Positions 37,129 through 47,620 of a stretch of DNA of 64,000 bases are shown here, piece by piece. The translations under genes and the position numbers were made by a program. Below the pieces are notes generated by a model that was not told where the DNA came from, searched no databases, and saw only the letters and a list, made by a program, of their open reading frames with translations. Every line of letters begins with the position of its first letter. Within the stretch, counting starts at the first letter, position 1. Where the stretch lies: the IMG/VR virus record IMGVR_UViG_3300020050_005398, positions 1 to 64,000 of that record, one strand, 5' to 3'. This stretch comes from a virus. Taxonomy: Duplodnaviria; Caudoviricetes.

Positions 37129-39306
37129 TCAGTACGGTTCAATCACAAGTTTCTTTGCTTCTTGAACGTAATAATCAGAGTCAATATCACCGTCAAAGTC
37201 CTGCATATCATTGCAGATTTTAACTTTGTATGAAGTGTCGATACCTAGACGGCGGGATTCGTCAGAACCTTCTAGCGGTTTCATAATCTTGACGAGCTTA
37301 CCACCGTTCTTACTTGGGTAGTACCGGCAAATTCGCTGTTGTTCTACTTCTGAGCCGTCGTCTGATACTAACACGAGTCTACTACTACGATCTACTTTGG
37401 TACGCAGCATGAAATCAAAGACGTTACCTTTGTTGAAATGCTCAGAGATAAACTCGTGCAAATCCTTACCATGCAGCATATACGCTTCAGCAGCCATCGG
37501 TACTACGAGCGCGGATTGGTTCTGGTGAAACCCAAGCCCTTCATATTGGTAAGCTCCTTTACGTTTTACCTTGCCGTTTGTATATACAGCAATGTAGTTA
37601 TTCACCGTCTGAATAATCATTTTAGAGTAATCTGCAAACTCCAACTGAAGTTTTACTTGCTGCTCCCACTGCTTGCAAATCTCATCGTATTGTTCAGTGC
37701 TTACTCGCGGTAAAGCCACGGTAATACCGTCTGTATTTACTTGGATAATTTTCAAGTCAGGAACATCAAGCAGTTTCTCAGCGAGTAAGCACAAGGATAA
37801 TTGACCGTTGATTGTGATTGTCATCGTGTATTTAGTATCAAAGAACACGCTATATTGATTGGCTGACTCGCCATATACCGAGTTCAACGCAAGTTTCAGC
37901 ATACCGTTTTCAGCAGAACCCTTTGGATAGGACTTGCGCTGCTCATATACGTCCTGATAGATCGAGCAAAATTCAATACCAAGATGTTCTGGATATACGT
38001 TGTTTGAAATAGCAAGGTTGGGGTACATACTAGAAACATCTCCGTCTTTAAGCATATATTTGCTATTTTCTCTAGCAATCTTATTTTCGATACTACCGTG
38101 GAGGCCGCCAGTACCGAAGTCAAACCTAAAACCATCCACCACTACATTCAGTGTACTAGCTTCTTTCCAGCAACCCCAATACGATTTCTTAGGAATACGA
38201 ACCTTCTTTTGCTTCTTAGTAAAATCAGGACAACCTTCTTCGTCCAATGGGTATTCCGTAACGTGATTACCTTCAGAATCAAACAGCCATTCAGTAGCCT
38301 TCAGTTCTTCTTCGTCAATCCAACCCAAGGGGTGTTCATTCTTAAATGCGGTAAGTTCAACTTCGGTAGGTTTCTGTTTGAACTTCTTGCGCTTAACTTC
38401 CAGTTCTGCATACTTAGCTACGTCACCTAATTTGTGTTCTTCAATATCAGAAAACACACCCTTAGTCTCGGTAATAACTTGCTTAGAAAACCAATCTTTC
38501 AACGCAATAAACTCTGGACGTTTGAAATCGTAGTAATCAAACAAGCATTCACCGATATTGATATTCTTGCGAATAGTTTGGTTGATTACTTTTTTACCGT
38601 CTTTATACTTGTGCAGTGCTACACCTTGTTCTGCAAGTCGAATCTGGAAGTAATCCTTACCGATTTTACCGTCATTGTGATTGTGAAAGCTCTTACCGTG
38701 TTTTTCACTCAACTTGAAACGAAAGTCAATACTAGCAAGTGATTCGTGCAGAAACAATCGAGTAGCTTCTACGTCATGCTCGTTGTAATCGCAGATTTCA
38801 TTCACCATGTCAAGTGTAAGTTTACTGTGAATGTCATACGGTAAGTCAACGATTGTTTGCATTCGCAAGTTGAACTCAATCAGCTTCAGGCTAGTCATAC
38901 GTGCTTTGTTATCAAAGTGATGAATCTTGAATAAATCCAACTGTTTGATATGCTGATCTTCGTACTTGATGGTATTACCGAATTGATTAGATTTGAAGCT
39001 ATCGATTTGTTTCTGCGCAATCTTAAACACCCAAGCAGCAATTGCTTTACCACTTTTAGGTAATGAATTGCGCTTTTCAATAATCTGGTGAAGGATGGGG
39101 TAGTCAAAGTTATTTGAGTTAAAGCCTACGAGCCAGCATTCATTATCGCGTAAGAAATCCAAGCATTTGAACAGCAGTTCTATTTCGTTGTGAAACGCAG
39201 AGCATTTGAAGGTTTTCTTGTGCTTACCGTCTGCTCTTACGATACTGAACGAAAACAGTTCTTTGTACGTTTCAAGGTCGTATACATACAGTTTGGTTAA
39301 ATCCAT
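37129..39306 (-). CDS. Family B DNA polymerase with 3'-5' exonuclease
   Basis: VYDLETY, GFN..NFD, DVSSMYP, KLALNSVYG, NTDG. Confidence 0.9.
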   Translation of the reverse strand: MDLTKLYVYDLETYKELFSFSIVRADGKHKKTFKCSAFHNEIELLFKCLDFLRDNECWLVGFNSNNFDYPILHQIIEKRNSLPKSGKAIAAWVFKIAQKQIDSFKSNQFGNTIKYEDQHIKQLDLFKIHHFDNKARMTSLKLIEFNLRMQTIVDLPYDIHSKLTLDMVNEICDYNEHDVEATRLFLHESLASIDFRFKLSEKHGKSFHNHNDGKIGKDYFQIRLAEQGVALHKYKDGKKVINQTIRKNINIGECLFDYYDFKRPEFIALKDWFSKQVITETKGVFSDIEEHKLGDVAKYAELEVKRKKFKQKPTEVELTAFKNEHPLGWIDEEELKATEWLFDSEGNHVTEYPLDEEGCPDFTKKQKKVRIPKKSYWGCWKEASTLNVVVDGFRFDFGTGGLHGSIENKIARENSKYMLKDGDVSSMYPNLAISNNVYPEHLGIEFCSIYQDVYEQRKSYPKGSAENGMLKLALNSVYGESANQYSVFFDTKYTMTITINGQLSLCLLAEKLLDVPDLKIIQVNTDGITVALPRVSTEQYDEICKQWEQQVKLQLEFADYSKMIIQTVNNYIAVYTNGKVKRKGAYQYEGLGFHQNQSALVVPMAAEAYMLHGKDLHEFISEHFNKGNVFDFMLRTKVDRSSRLVLVSDDGSEVEQQRICRYYPSKNGGKLVKIMKPLEGSDESRRLGIDTSYKVKICNDMQDFDGDIDSDYYVQEAKKLVIEPY

Positions 39307-39364
39307 AGGTCATCCTTCATGGGTGTGTGGAGTAAAACTTGGAGTATAACATAGAATACAAACG

Positions 39365-39385
39365 AAAAAGACAGCCGAAGCTGTC
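39365..39385 (-). terminator. Rho-independent terminator with UUCG tetraloop
   Basis: GACAGC-TTCG-GCTGTC-TTTTT on the minus strand. Confidence 0.8.
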
Positions 39386-39399
39386 CTGTTAGGTTAATT

Positions 39400-39996
39400 T
39401 CAAGTACCGTGTCGTTCAGTATAACCAGCACCAAGTTCATTTAGTCTAATTATCTGTTCTTTTCTCCACGTTAATGCACAGTCAAGAGCCACATCATAAC
39501 CTCTCTTTAAAGTTGACCAGCTTCTTGAAACCACTTTGTCATTTTCAGAATAATGTGCTCTGATTTTAGATAAAGGTGTACCACGCTTGCTTATGTAATT
39601 TTCTAAATAAACTCCGCACGCTAACTCTTTTTTAGATTTAATTTTTCTTTTATTACGACTATTGATAGACGGATCGACAATTCTTAAATTAGATATTGAA
39701 TTATTTAATCCATTACCATCAATATGATCAACATCTAAAGTTGAGTCTAAGTCGCAACTTAAAATTGACATGATTATTCTGTGTACCAAGAAATGTTTTC
39801 TAAAAACATTAACAGAATAGTAACTAACATTTCTGTTTTTATTTCTGTAAATAAACCCTGCTGGTTCACCTACTCTTGAATAATTCAACTTACCAGAATA
39901 AAGCCTCGGAACCTTCCAAGTTAACCCAGTTGGACTTTCATCCGATAATTCAAAAACACTTTTGAAATCAAATTTATTATAATCACGTTTTTTCAT
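39400..39996 (-). CDS. Free-standing HNH homing endonuclease (C-terminal AP2-like)
   Basis: HRII...VDHIDGN.LNN...NLR.V....N..N; AT-rich; ATGA overlap with the primase-helicase. Confidence 0.85.
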   Translation of the reverse strand: MKKRDYNKFDFKSVFELSDESPTGLTWKVPRLYSGKLNYSRVGEPAGFIYRNKNRNVSYYSVNVFRKHFLVHRIIMSILSCDLDSTLDVDHIDGNGLNNSISNLRIVDPSINSRNKRKIKSKKELACGVYLENYISKRGTPLSKIRAHYSENDKVVSRSWSTLKRGYDVALDCALTWRKEQIIRLNELGAGYTERHGT

Positions 39997-41747
39997 TGAT
40001 ATTCTCCGTTCAGAAAATCATCGTAGTCGTAAAGATTCGCAGTCTCAATGTCGTAATACATACTACCTGCTGGCCCTGTTTCAGAAAAATCCCTGTTTTT
40101 CAAAATAGTGATTGTAGTTCTGTTTCGTTCCATCGGGTCTGGATTTTGTTTATCACGTTCCAAAGCAAGAGTTTGACCGGACGCTTTAACTAAGAAACTA
40201 CTACCCTGAGCATCATCTTCAGTCAAAGGATTTGCGTTAGCACTACCGGATGATTTTCTGACATGTGACACGATAATTGGAGTAATAGAATATTCCTTCA
40301 TTATTTTCTTGAACCAAGTAGCTACTTCTTCTTGTTCTGAAACTGACATACCCGATAGTAGGTCAGAATACGGATCAACGACAAGTACACTTACACCCAT
40401 TGAAATGATCATTTCCAAAAGTTTCTCTTTAACCTGCTCCCAAGAAGCACCACGGTCATCACAAACATAAAGAGTAGGATTACCATCAGGTTTCTCGTAA
40501 AGTTGTTTTACTTTTTCTTCAATATCTTTTCTGCTTAGAAACGCAGTGCGTTCTTCTTTTGACAACCGATGCAGCGGAGTCTGTAAGTGATAAGAAAGCA
40601 TGTTCTGACTAAATTTACCAGCGTCAGCTTCCAGTGAAAGAACTCCGATAACTTCGTTTGGTTCATTCAACGCAAGGTGCCTAGTTAGCGCAGACATTAG
40701 GGTTGTTTTACCAATTGACGTTTTCGCTAGGATCAAAGTTATCTCATTTTTGACTAGACCGTTACCAAGCATTTTAGCAGCATGCTTCATAAATGGTGGA
40801 AGACTAATCATCTCCAAATCCATACGATCAAGTGCCGCTTTATACAAAGAGGTACTTGCATAAACACCAGCGGGTGTGTAAGGTTGAGCTGCCCAAAAAT
40901 CATTAATAAATTCCTGTTCTGCTCCGACCAACTTATCCGTAGCTTTATCCCAAATATAACAGTTGGGGTCTTTTCTACGCATTTTCATAACGTAGACTTT
41001 ACCTCGTGGTAATACCTTGGTAATTTTTTCAACAGCTTCTTCTCCTGCCGCATCGGAATCCATAGCAATAATGCACTTTTTGAACTGATTGAAAAACGCA
41101 TATTGCGCTTGAACTTGCTTATAGGTAGCTGTTTCACCAACAGTAGAGCTTACAACCGCAATGGGGTCGTATTGTTTATTCTTCTGTGCATCAGATAGCA
41201 TCTGGAAAGTAGCAAGAACATCGGCTTCACCGCCAACGATAATTACTGTATGGTTACTCGTTTTAAATTTAAACTGACCAAACAATTCACAGTCTTTACC
41301 TGTAGCTCCGTAGTGCAGTGAAAAGTCTTTCGGGTGCTTGCGCACTTTATACCCTGAAAGTTCATATCCACGAGTACACGGGTAAAACGACTTTGTAACT
41401 TCTTCTTCAGAATCATTATATTCATACCTTACCCCAAATTGTTTACTAATTTCAGTGCGAATACCTCGATAACCTAGTGTATCGACACCCGTGTTACCTT
41501 TTATTTCAAGATTTTTCTCCTGCGTAATACTTGGTTTTACTTCCATATTTTCCTTTTGTTTAACCGTTGATTTTACACTCAATTTAATTTTACTCGATGA
41601 TTTCTTCTGGTTAGCTTCTTTGTATTCTTCACTAGGTACAGTCTTTAAACAGACGAAGCAGTGCGAAGAATTGTCCTCGTAGATAGCTAGACCATCGGAA
41701 CTGCCACAGTCAGGACAATCCGTATGTTTAACGAAATTCGCCATCAA
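39993..41747 (-). CDS. Primase-helicase (T7 gp4-like)
   Basis: Zn finger CPDCGSSD...HCFVC, TOPRIM (GE.D, DSD.AG), Walker A AKTSIGKT, DnaB-type motifs. Confidence 0.92.
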   Translation of the reverse strand: MMANFVKHTDCPDCGSSDGLAIYEDNSSHCFVCLKTVPSEEYKEANQKKSSSKIKLSVKSTVKQKENMEVKPSITQEKNLEIKGNTGVDTLGYRGIRTEISKQFGVRYEYNDSEEEVTKSFYPCTRGYELSGYKVRKHPKDFSLHYGATGKDCELFGQFKFKTSNHTVIIVGGEADVLATFQMLSDAQKNKQYDPIAVVSSTVGETATYKQVQAQYAFFNQFKKCIIAMDSDAAGEEAVEKITKVLPRGKVYVMKMRRKDPNCYIWDKATDKLVGAEQEFINDFWAAQPYTPAGVYASTSLYKAALDRMDLEMISLPPFMKHAAKMLGNGLVKNEITLILAKTSIGKTTLMSALTRHLALNEPNEVIGVLSLEADAGKFSQNMLSYHLQTPLHRLSKEERTAFLSRKDIEEKVKQLYEKPDGNPTLYVCDDRGASWEQVKEKLLEMIISMGVSVLVVDPYSDLLSGMSVSEQEEVATWFKKIMKEYSITPIIVSHVRKSSGSANANPLTEDDAQGSSFLVKASGQTLALERDKQNPDPMERNRTTITILKNRDFSETGPAGSMYYDIETANLYDYDDFLNGEYQ

Positions 41748-41758
41748 TCACCTTTATT

Positions 41759-42103
41759 TTACTCATAACTAACAACCGTAGTAACCTTCTTCGTAAGAAA
41801 CCCTTCTTGCTCCAGAAGCATCAACCAGTTACTATCACCGAAGTTCCTACCGTGCATACAACCTTTAACCGCGCATAGAAGCTCGTACCAATCATCGAAT
41901 GTACCTTGAGTATCATACCTACCAGAATAATGTGCTTCACCGTCAGCATACCAAATGTGCAAGTGAGACTTCATACCTGTGTTAAGGTCGTACAACACAC
42001 CTGCATTTTCTATGATTGAACTAAAGTTTTTACGCAGTGTAATTTGAATACTGTGATCTACTACAAGCCTGTAGATAATGCTATTGAATTCTTCATGTGT
42101 CAT
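41759..42103 (-). CDS. Hypothetical protein
   Basis: AAGGA RBS. Confidence 0.55.
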   Translation of the reverse strand: MTHEEFNSIIYRLVVDHSIQITLRKNFSSIIENAGVLYDLNTGMKSHLHIWYADGEAHYSGRYDTQGTFDDWYELLCAVKGCMHGRNFGDSNWLMLLEQEGFLTKKVTTVVSYE

Positions 42104-42636
42104 TATTCATCCTTACTAAAAGTACAACCAAAAGCATGAGCAATCATCTTGCTGATAAACTCACTTCCAGCCCAATAATCACAATCTTTAATATAACCTT
42201 CAGAATAAAACTCACCGGAAATAATCCCTGCTTTAATCAGCGCAGCATACACAGGTTCATCCCAATCAGAATTACCATAAGGCCTCTTACCACTGAATCC
42301 ACAAGGGTCATCCCACAGTTTTACAAGCAGATTACAGAAGAACTCACGCAAACTAATATAACCGAGCGCTGGATGATCAAACCCCAAGTCCAATGCTTTA
42401 TCGTAGATTGATACGAGCGGTTGCATTGGTTGTGATTGTGCTTTTACTTCTGGTTGTGATGGTTGATATAGCTCAAAGTATTCTTCAAGCCAATGATCAA
42501 TACTCCCATCTACGGTAATACAATAGCAAGTTCCGTGCTTAAAAACACCCGTTACAACAACTGGTAAAGTTCCAAAACTGAAATCTTCGATACAGTCAGT
42601 ACGAACTACAACATCACCTGTTTTAAATTTGTTCAT
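42103..42636 (-). CDS. Modular hypothetical protein (FKTGDVVVRT + W....GF.GKRP.GNS.W)
   Basis: AAGGAG RBS; N-terminus paralogous to 28185. Confidence 0.6.
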   Translation of the reverse strand: MNKFKTGDVVVRTDCIEDFSFGTLPVVVTGVFKHGTCYCITVDGSIDHWLEEYFELYQPSQPEVKAQSQPMQPLVSIYDKALDLGFDHPALGYISLREFFCNLLVKLWDDPCGFSGKRPYGNSDWDEPVYAALIKAGIISGEFYSEGYIKDCDYWAGSEFISKMIAHAFGCTFSKDE

Positions 42637-42663
42637 TGAATTACTCCTTATATAAAAACAAAA

Positions 42664-42912
42664 CTACGCGATGAAATCGTTGATAAGTTTTACAATTTCA
42701 TCCTTGGATACGACCGATACTCTATATGTAAAGCAATCATACTCGTCCACCGTAAATTCCAAGTAATCACCGCAACTTTCACGAACGCTATTAATCGTTT
42801 CAAACTCACCACAGAATTCATCTTCAATTACTTGCTTCAGAATACTGTTCGTTTCAATAAACGATTTCACAGCAGCGTATACCGTATCAACGGTTACTGG
42901 TTTAATAGTCAC
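42664..42912 (-). CDS. Hypothetical protein
   Basis: GGAGG RBS, GTG start. Confidence 0.5.
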   Translation of the reverse strand: MTIKPVTVDTVYAAVKSFIETNSILKQVIEDEFCGEFETINSVRESCGDYLEFTVDEYDCFTYRVSVVSKDEIVKLINDFIA

Positions 42913-43232
42913 GTATTACCTCCTCCATTGTCATGCAACGGACAACATCCGTCTGGAACCAAGTATCCATAACCTCCATTTCCAACATTCCGAACTTTAC
43001 GTTCGTCATCACCCCGATTCAACTCTACTGAATTATACCCGCAAATGAAGGTACAACCCCAACGAGTCAACCGAAGAAACTTACAATCTTTACTCAACCC
43101 AGCAGAACAGGTAGGTTTACCTTCGGGTGTAACGAAGGTTTCGATCTTGATTGAAGTGTAGGTTTTAGTTTCGGTATTATTCATCATATTTCTCCGAGTA
43201 GTTACTTCCAGTAGCAATCCACATTTGTTCAA
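42909..43232 (-). CDS. Cys-rich hypothetical protein (true start probably downstream of 43232)
   Basis: P.GKPTC...C.FL....G..F.C...CPLH. Confidence 0.5.
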   Translation of the reverse strand: MNKCGLLLEVTTRRNMMNNTETKTYTSIKIETFVTPEGKPTCSAGLSKDCKFLRLTRWGCTFICGYNSVELNRGDDERKVRNVGNGGYGYLVPDGCCPLHDNGGGNT

Positions 43233-43533
43233 ACCACTGTTCTAATTCTTGAATAGAATCAGCTTCATCCTTTGGTGAAATTGTAACATAAACAACACTG
43301 CCACTTACCAGTGTGTACATCTCAAGTTGATAACCTACGTTACCAAACACAGCATGACTTTTCCATTCTGGTTTGTCGTAGTCATACACATAGCACTCAA
43401 TGAAGTATTTAACTCCAATATCATCCTTGAATTTCTTCTGAAAGAAATAATCAGCAGAACGTGGATTGTATCCTGTGTATTTACGGTAGCCAGATTCTAA
43501 CCATTGTCCGGGTTTGATATGATTGTTTGGCAT
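43177..43533 (-). CDS. Hypothetical protein
   Basis: AAGGA RBS. Confidence 0.55.
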   Translation of the reverse strand: MPNNHIKPGQWLESGYRKYTGYNPRSADYFFQKKFKDDIGVKYFIECYVYDYDKPEWKSHAVFGNVGYQLEMYTLVSGSVVYVTISPKDEADSIQELEQWFEQMWIATGSNYSEKYDE

Positions 43534-43717
43534 ATTTTATCCTTTAGAAATATTTAACCATTAGTGGGATTAATGCAACCTGTGCAAATGCAATTACGAA
43601 AAGAGGTTTAGCATTGTACTTACCAATAGGAAGATTGTGATATTTAAAAGCATTAGTTAACATCATAAAACTATAAATTACATATAAACCGACAGCAAAA
43701 TAAAGTAACCACATATT

Positions 43718-44467
43718 TTATCCTTTCAAAAACAGTTCATACTTACTCTGCAAATCATTCACAAAACCATCTTGATCACTACACAGATAACTACTAGGAC
43801 GTTCATTGAATCTAGCAAACAGGTGCATCTTTGATACTCGTGAATTTTCAGTATCCATAAAATTACCTTTGATACTCAATTCAGTAATATACTTGATTTT
43901 ATCCTTATCTTGCATCACAGTAGCAAGCGCAAGAGCATTCAGCAGATTATACGTCAATCCTTCGTAGCATTTATCTGATTGTTCTTGATACGTTGGTAGA
44001 ATCAGACGGTACAGGTGATTAACCAGCATTGACTGATTGTACAAAGCAGTGTTATATAGTGCAGTTTGATATGCAGATTCTACGCTGTATGGAGCAGCAG
44101 GATCAATCTCAGGAATACCAGCAGGTTGAACAATCGTCAAACCGTCAACAACACTACAATAAGAACTCCAGAAATAACCTGTAACAACAGGCTTATGGCA
44201 CCGAATATACTCTCTGAATTTTTCACTAAAGTAAACAGTCAATTTATCTTCGTAGTCATGCTTTTCTTTCAACGTAGGTTTCTTCTGTGCTTGTTGCGTC
44301 AAGATAAACTTGTGGTTAATCAGTGCTTTAGCAAGCGATGACTCTATAGCTTCTTGTACTGCATTATGATCCAAGCAAGTATGACGTTGCAAGTTGAACA
44401 AGGCTTCTTGCATCCAGAATACTTCTGCTAGAGTATTGCAGGATTGGAACGGGTGTTGGTTATACAC
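43718..44467 (-). CDS. Hypothetical protein, 249 aa
   Basis: Long ORF in operon orientation. Confidence 0.55.
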   Translation of the reverse strand: MYNQHPFQSCNTLAEVFWMQEALFNLQRHTCLDHNAVQEAIESSLAKALINHKFILTQQAQKKPTLKEKHDYEDKLTVYFSEKFREYIRCHKPVVTGYFWSSYCSVVDGLTIVQPAGIPEIDPAAPYSVESAYQTALYNTALYNQSMLVNHLYRLILPTYQEQSDKCYEGLTYNLLNALALATVMQDKDKIKYITELSIKGNFMDTENSRVSKMHLFARFNERPSSYLCSDQDGFVNDLQSKYELFLKG

Positions 44468-44470
44468 AGG

Positions 44471-44695
44471 TTATGCTCCAAAGTTATCTAGTTTGTTAAT
44501 CTGCTCGGTAATAACAGCAAGTTCTTTCTTGAGTTTATACCACCGGAAAGGGTTGTAAGTATCCTGCATATCTACGCTAATATCCCTAGCTTTACGGATA
44601 AGTTTCCGTAGCTGAGTATTGCGTTCATACGCAGAGATAAAATCTTCAAGGTCGTTGCGGTGCATTCTTTGCTCCTTGTCTGTTAAGATGACCAT
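44471..44695 (-). CDS. Hypothetical protein
   Basis: Operon orientation. Confidence 0.45.
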   Translation of the reverse strand: MVILTDKEQRMHRNDLEDFISAYERNTQLRKLIRKARDISVDMQDTYNPFRWYKLKKELAVITEQINKLDNFGA

Positions 44696-44783
44696 ATTCT
44701 ACATCAACTACAAAAACTAAAAGGTTCTACTATTGATATTATCTCAAGTAAAACCGTTGTTGATAGTCTGTTACTATGCTTGA

Positions 44784-45128
44784 TTAGTACTCACCAGTAA
44801 ACTGCATGTAGTCTACAAGGATTTCAAGCGTTACATCTTCTAGTTTTAGAACTTCCATAAAGCAAGTAAACGCTTCTTCGTAAGTAGAGAACTGTTTTAC
44901 TACACAATGATTACCGGCACCACCTACATTTACACACCAAACGTCTTTTGTAGTAAAACAATCACTGTCAAGCGAATAGATACTTACACTACAACCAGAA
45001 GTAAAGTATCGGCCTACTGTGTCACTAATTTCATAGGAACAATACCAGTCGTCGCTTGATGGTTTATAGACGGTAATTTCTTTAAAGTCTCTATTTGAAT
45101 TTGGAATCATGACATTTATCCAAAACAA
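44784..45128 (-). CDS. Hypothetical protein
   Basis: Operon orientation. Confidence 0.5.
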   Translation of the reverse strand: MFWINVMIPNSNRDFKEITVYKPSSDDWYCSYEISDTVGRYFTSGCSVSIYSLDSDCFTTKDVWCVNVGGAGNHCVVKQFSTYEEAFTCFMEVLKLEDVTLEILVDYMQFTGEY

Positions 45129-45340
45129 GTATTACAAACACAACAAACGTAACAGTCAATATCCGGTCTGTCGTTGTGCTCAAAACTCAGAAGATCATCT
45201 TCAGTATAACCAGCACCTATATCTGGAAAATAATTCTTATCAGGATTACCGTAAGTCCAGTTACCGGAATGTGGTGCCCAATCAGAATCTAACCTGAATT
45301 TACCTACGCGACTACTTCCGCAATTTGGACAAGTATTCAT
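45116..45340 (-). CDS. Small zinc-ribbon protein
   Basis: CPNCGS ... CCVCN. Confidence 0.55.
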   Translation of the reverse strand: MNTCPNCGSSRVGKFRLDSDWAPHSGNWTYGNPDKNYFPDIGAGYTEDDLLSFEHNDRPDIDCYVCCVCNTCFG

Positions 45341-45488
45341 TGTTGTTTACTCCCACAAATCTGCATCAACAAGTTAACAGCATGAATAAACACTTCTTGG
45401 TTTTGTCTGGGAAGTTGATGCCAAGGAACATTACCTCCAAGTTTAGCTTGCAGTTGCTCGTACAAGAGTTCTGTCTCTGATTTATTAT

Positions 45489-45674
45489 TCACTTGATCTC
45501 TCCGAAAGATTTAACATAAGGATTACTTTTCATTAGTCCAGCATGAATAGCAACCTTTGATTTAGCGCACGTAAATACATGCAGTAGGTTAGTCTTGGAA
45601 TCAATCCAGAACATTTGTACAGTAGGTTCTGTTTGTTTAGGTACTTTGAGTTTAGACAAGGTTATTCTCCACAA
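45489..45674 (-). CDS. Hypothetical protein
   Basis: 61 aa, overlapping. Confidence 0.4.
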   Translation of the reverse strand: MWRITLSKLKVPKQTEPTVQMFWIDSKTNLLHVFTCAKSKVAIHAGLMKSNPYVKSFGEIK

Positions 45675-46107
45675 TTTGCAAGTTAGAACGAAAATTCAAC
45701 TCACGCTTCAGAAACTCACGTAGTTCTGCTGCGATTCGAAACTGAGTATCAAGTATAGCTTCAATATGAGCTGTTTCCATGCTTGCTACTGAAATATATT
45801 TCAGAGGTTGATCACCAGATTTACCACGAGTACCCCACATTACAAAATGCCTAGCAAATTCGTGAGGTGTATCGAGCGTAACGACTGTATATTCTGCTGG
45901 TACTACATTGACGTTAGACCTTGTGTAGTATCCAAGACCGTCAATCATGTAAATTTCACCTGTAACCTTGTCGGTGTGTTGATGGTAGTCATGTCTGTGT
46001 TTGCATTGCAGAACAGTGCCGTCAGGTGTCTCGCAGAGATATGCAAGGATGTAATTTGTGTTGATTTCTTCGTTAATATCCACGGTTGTAGTTCCTTTCG
46101 TCAGCAA
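45652..46107 (-). CDS. Hypothetical phage protein (DGT.L...HRHDY..H...MIDG...WGTRGK.G.QPL)
   Basis: Motif pattern familiar from large lytic phages. Confidence 0.6.
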   Translation of the reverse strand: MLTKGTTTVDINEEINTNYILAYLCETPDGTVLQCKHRHDYHQHTDKVTGEIYMIDGLGYYTRSNVNVVPAEYTVVTLDTPHEFARHFVMWGTRGKSGDQPLKYISVASMETAHIEAILDTQFRIAAELREFLKRELNFRSNLQIVENNLV

Positions 46108-46360
46108 CAGCTCGATCTAACTCACGATCATACCCAATATCTTCTCGGTATAACTCACGCATATAGTCAATGTAGTCTTCTACTCGCTGTTCAAGCTGAC
46201 GAACAATACAAGCAAGTTCAGCGTCAGTAAGTTCTTCAAATTCTTCTGTATCTTTATCGTACTTTGGGTACACCAGATCGAATGCTTGTGCATCCCACCA
46301 GTATTCACCGATGATAATAACACCGTTCCATTCAGTTGTAAATTTTGTTGGTTTACTCAT
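46073..46360 (-). CDS. Acidic hypothetical protein
   Basis: AAGGA RBS. Confidence 0.5.
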   Translation of the reverse strand: MSKPTKFTTEWNGVIIIGEYWWDAQAFDLVYPKYDKDTEEFEELTDAELACIVRQLEQRVEDYIDYMRELYREDIGYDRELDRAVADERNYNRGY

Positions 46361-46374
46361 ATAAGTCCTTTCGT

Positions 46375-46644
46375 TTAATGCTGAGTGATGTTGAAGTATA
46401 CACGATAACTTGTACCAACTACTTCAAGCTGTGGTTTACTTACAGTAACCATCGGTTTGTTATCAAGCATGTAGATTGTAGCGTAGTCCGTGCATTGAAC
46501 GCTGATTCTTTCCCAGCAGTCAGTACCATAGACACATCTACGTTTTAATGCAACGTCAACAGCGCGGTCTACATCGCTGTAAGCAAGAGCAATCAAGTCA
46601 TGAACGATGTTATCAAGATGGTCTGTGTAGTCAATGATTTTCAT
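46375..46644 (-). CDS. Hypothetical protein
   Basis: AAGGAG RBS. Confidence 0.55.
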   Translation of the reverse strand: MKIIDYTDHLDNIVHDLIALAYSDVDRAVDVALKRRCVYGTDCWERISVQCTDYATIYMLDNKPMVTVSKPQLEVVGTSYRVYFNITQH

Positions 46645-46665
46645 AATTTACTCCTTTGTTTGTAT

Positions 46666-46729
46666 AAAGCGTTTTAAGCGATTATTTCTCGTCAGGCTAC
46701 CTTGGTATCAACTTGCGTAGAAAACGGCT
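46666..46729 (-). repeat. Dispersed element, copy 4
   Basis: Core GTTGATACCAAGGTAGCCTGACGAGAAATAATCGCT (rc of 46677-46712). Confidence 0.85.
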
Positions 46730-46796
46730 AAAAAGCTCCTATGCGTAGGCTTCCTGAGCCTTTTGTGATTGTACAGTTGGTAGGTTTCTATGCTAA

Positions 46797-47024
46797 TCAC
46801 AGAATCAAGCTGTATTTGCACTGAAACGAGAAGTTGTCTTTGGTGTGCAAGGGTTGAATTTCACCGACGTATGTTACCCATCCTTGTTCATCTACATCCA
46901 CAACCTCAACAGCATGACCTGACGATGATAACCACTGTTGACCTATCCGCACAACACCAGCAGGTAGGATACCACCTAGCAGCACCCAATGCTTACCACT
47001 ACGTTCTACACGAAATTCTTGCAT
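46797..47024 (-). CDS. Hypothetical protein (IGQQWLS..G, KD.FSFQC.Y)
   Basis: AAGGAG RBS. Confidence 0.55.
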   Translation of the reverse strand: MQEFRVERSGKHWVLLGGILPAGVVRIGQQWLSSSGHAVEVVDVDEQGWVTYVGEIQPLHTKDNFSFQCKYSLIL

Positions 47025-47035
47025 GACTTACTCCT

Positions 47036-47221
47036 TTACTTCTTACCTGTTGGAACACAACGAAATGACTCTGGTTTCAACCCAAGCTGCCTACCTGCGT
47101 TTTCGCAGTGCTGTACTGTAGCGTATTCACCGGAGTAAGTCCATCCATTGTAATACTCTCGTCCGTACTTCCCTGTGTTACCCATCGCAACTACACTCCA
47201 CACAAACAAAATCGTACTCAT
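47036..47221 (-). CDS. Small exported or membrane protein with two Cys
   Basis: Hydrophobic N-terminus, Y.T...CE.A...FRCV. Confidence 0.55.
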   Translation of the reverse strand: MSTILFVWSVVAMGNTGKYGREYYNGWTYSGEYATVQHCENAGRQLGLKPESFRCVPTGKK

Positions 47222-47336
47222 AAACTCTCCTAAAGTTGAAACTAAGCCTGTACTGTACCACAGAACTTACCCACAGTACCATCCGTACTAACAAAAGTTT
47301 TTACACAACTTCTCTCAAGTTTGTTTAGCCAAACTC

Positions 47337-47364
47337 TTGACAGACACAACTTTCAGGTTATACT
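47337..47364 (+). promoter_or_regulatory. Promoter TTGACA-16-TATACT at the divergence point
   Basis: Near-consensus hexamers. Confidence 0.6.
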
Positions 47365-47379
47365 CAAGGTTGTATGGGG

Positions 47380-47620
47380 GTTTGGGGGTACTAGGGTTAT
47401 ACTAAGGTTTAACTAAGATATAACGTAAGTATATACTAACGTATTAACTTTATTAAGTATTTAATATATAAACTATTATAATAATTTATAAATAAGTAAT
47501 AACAATAGATATACTATTAGATATACTAAAGATGTAACATTAGTTATATACAAGTATTATACTAGAATATAACCTTAGTATTACTACAGTATATACATAT
47601 ATTATTACTAGGGTAGCATG
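47380..47620. other. Very AT-rich non-coding tract with five TATACTA copies (replication origin candidate)
   Basis: TATACTA at 47398, 47432, 47510, 47522, 47558; sits at the strand switch. Confidence 0.4.
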
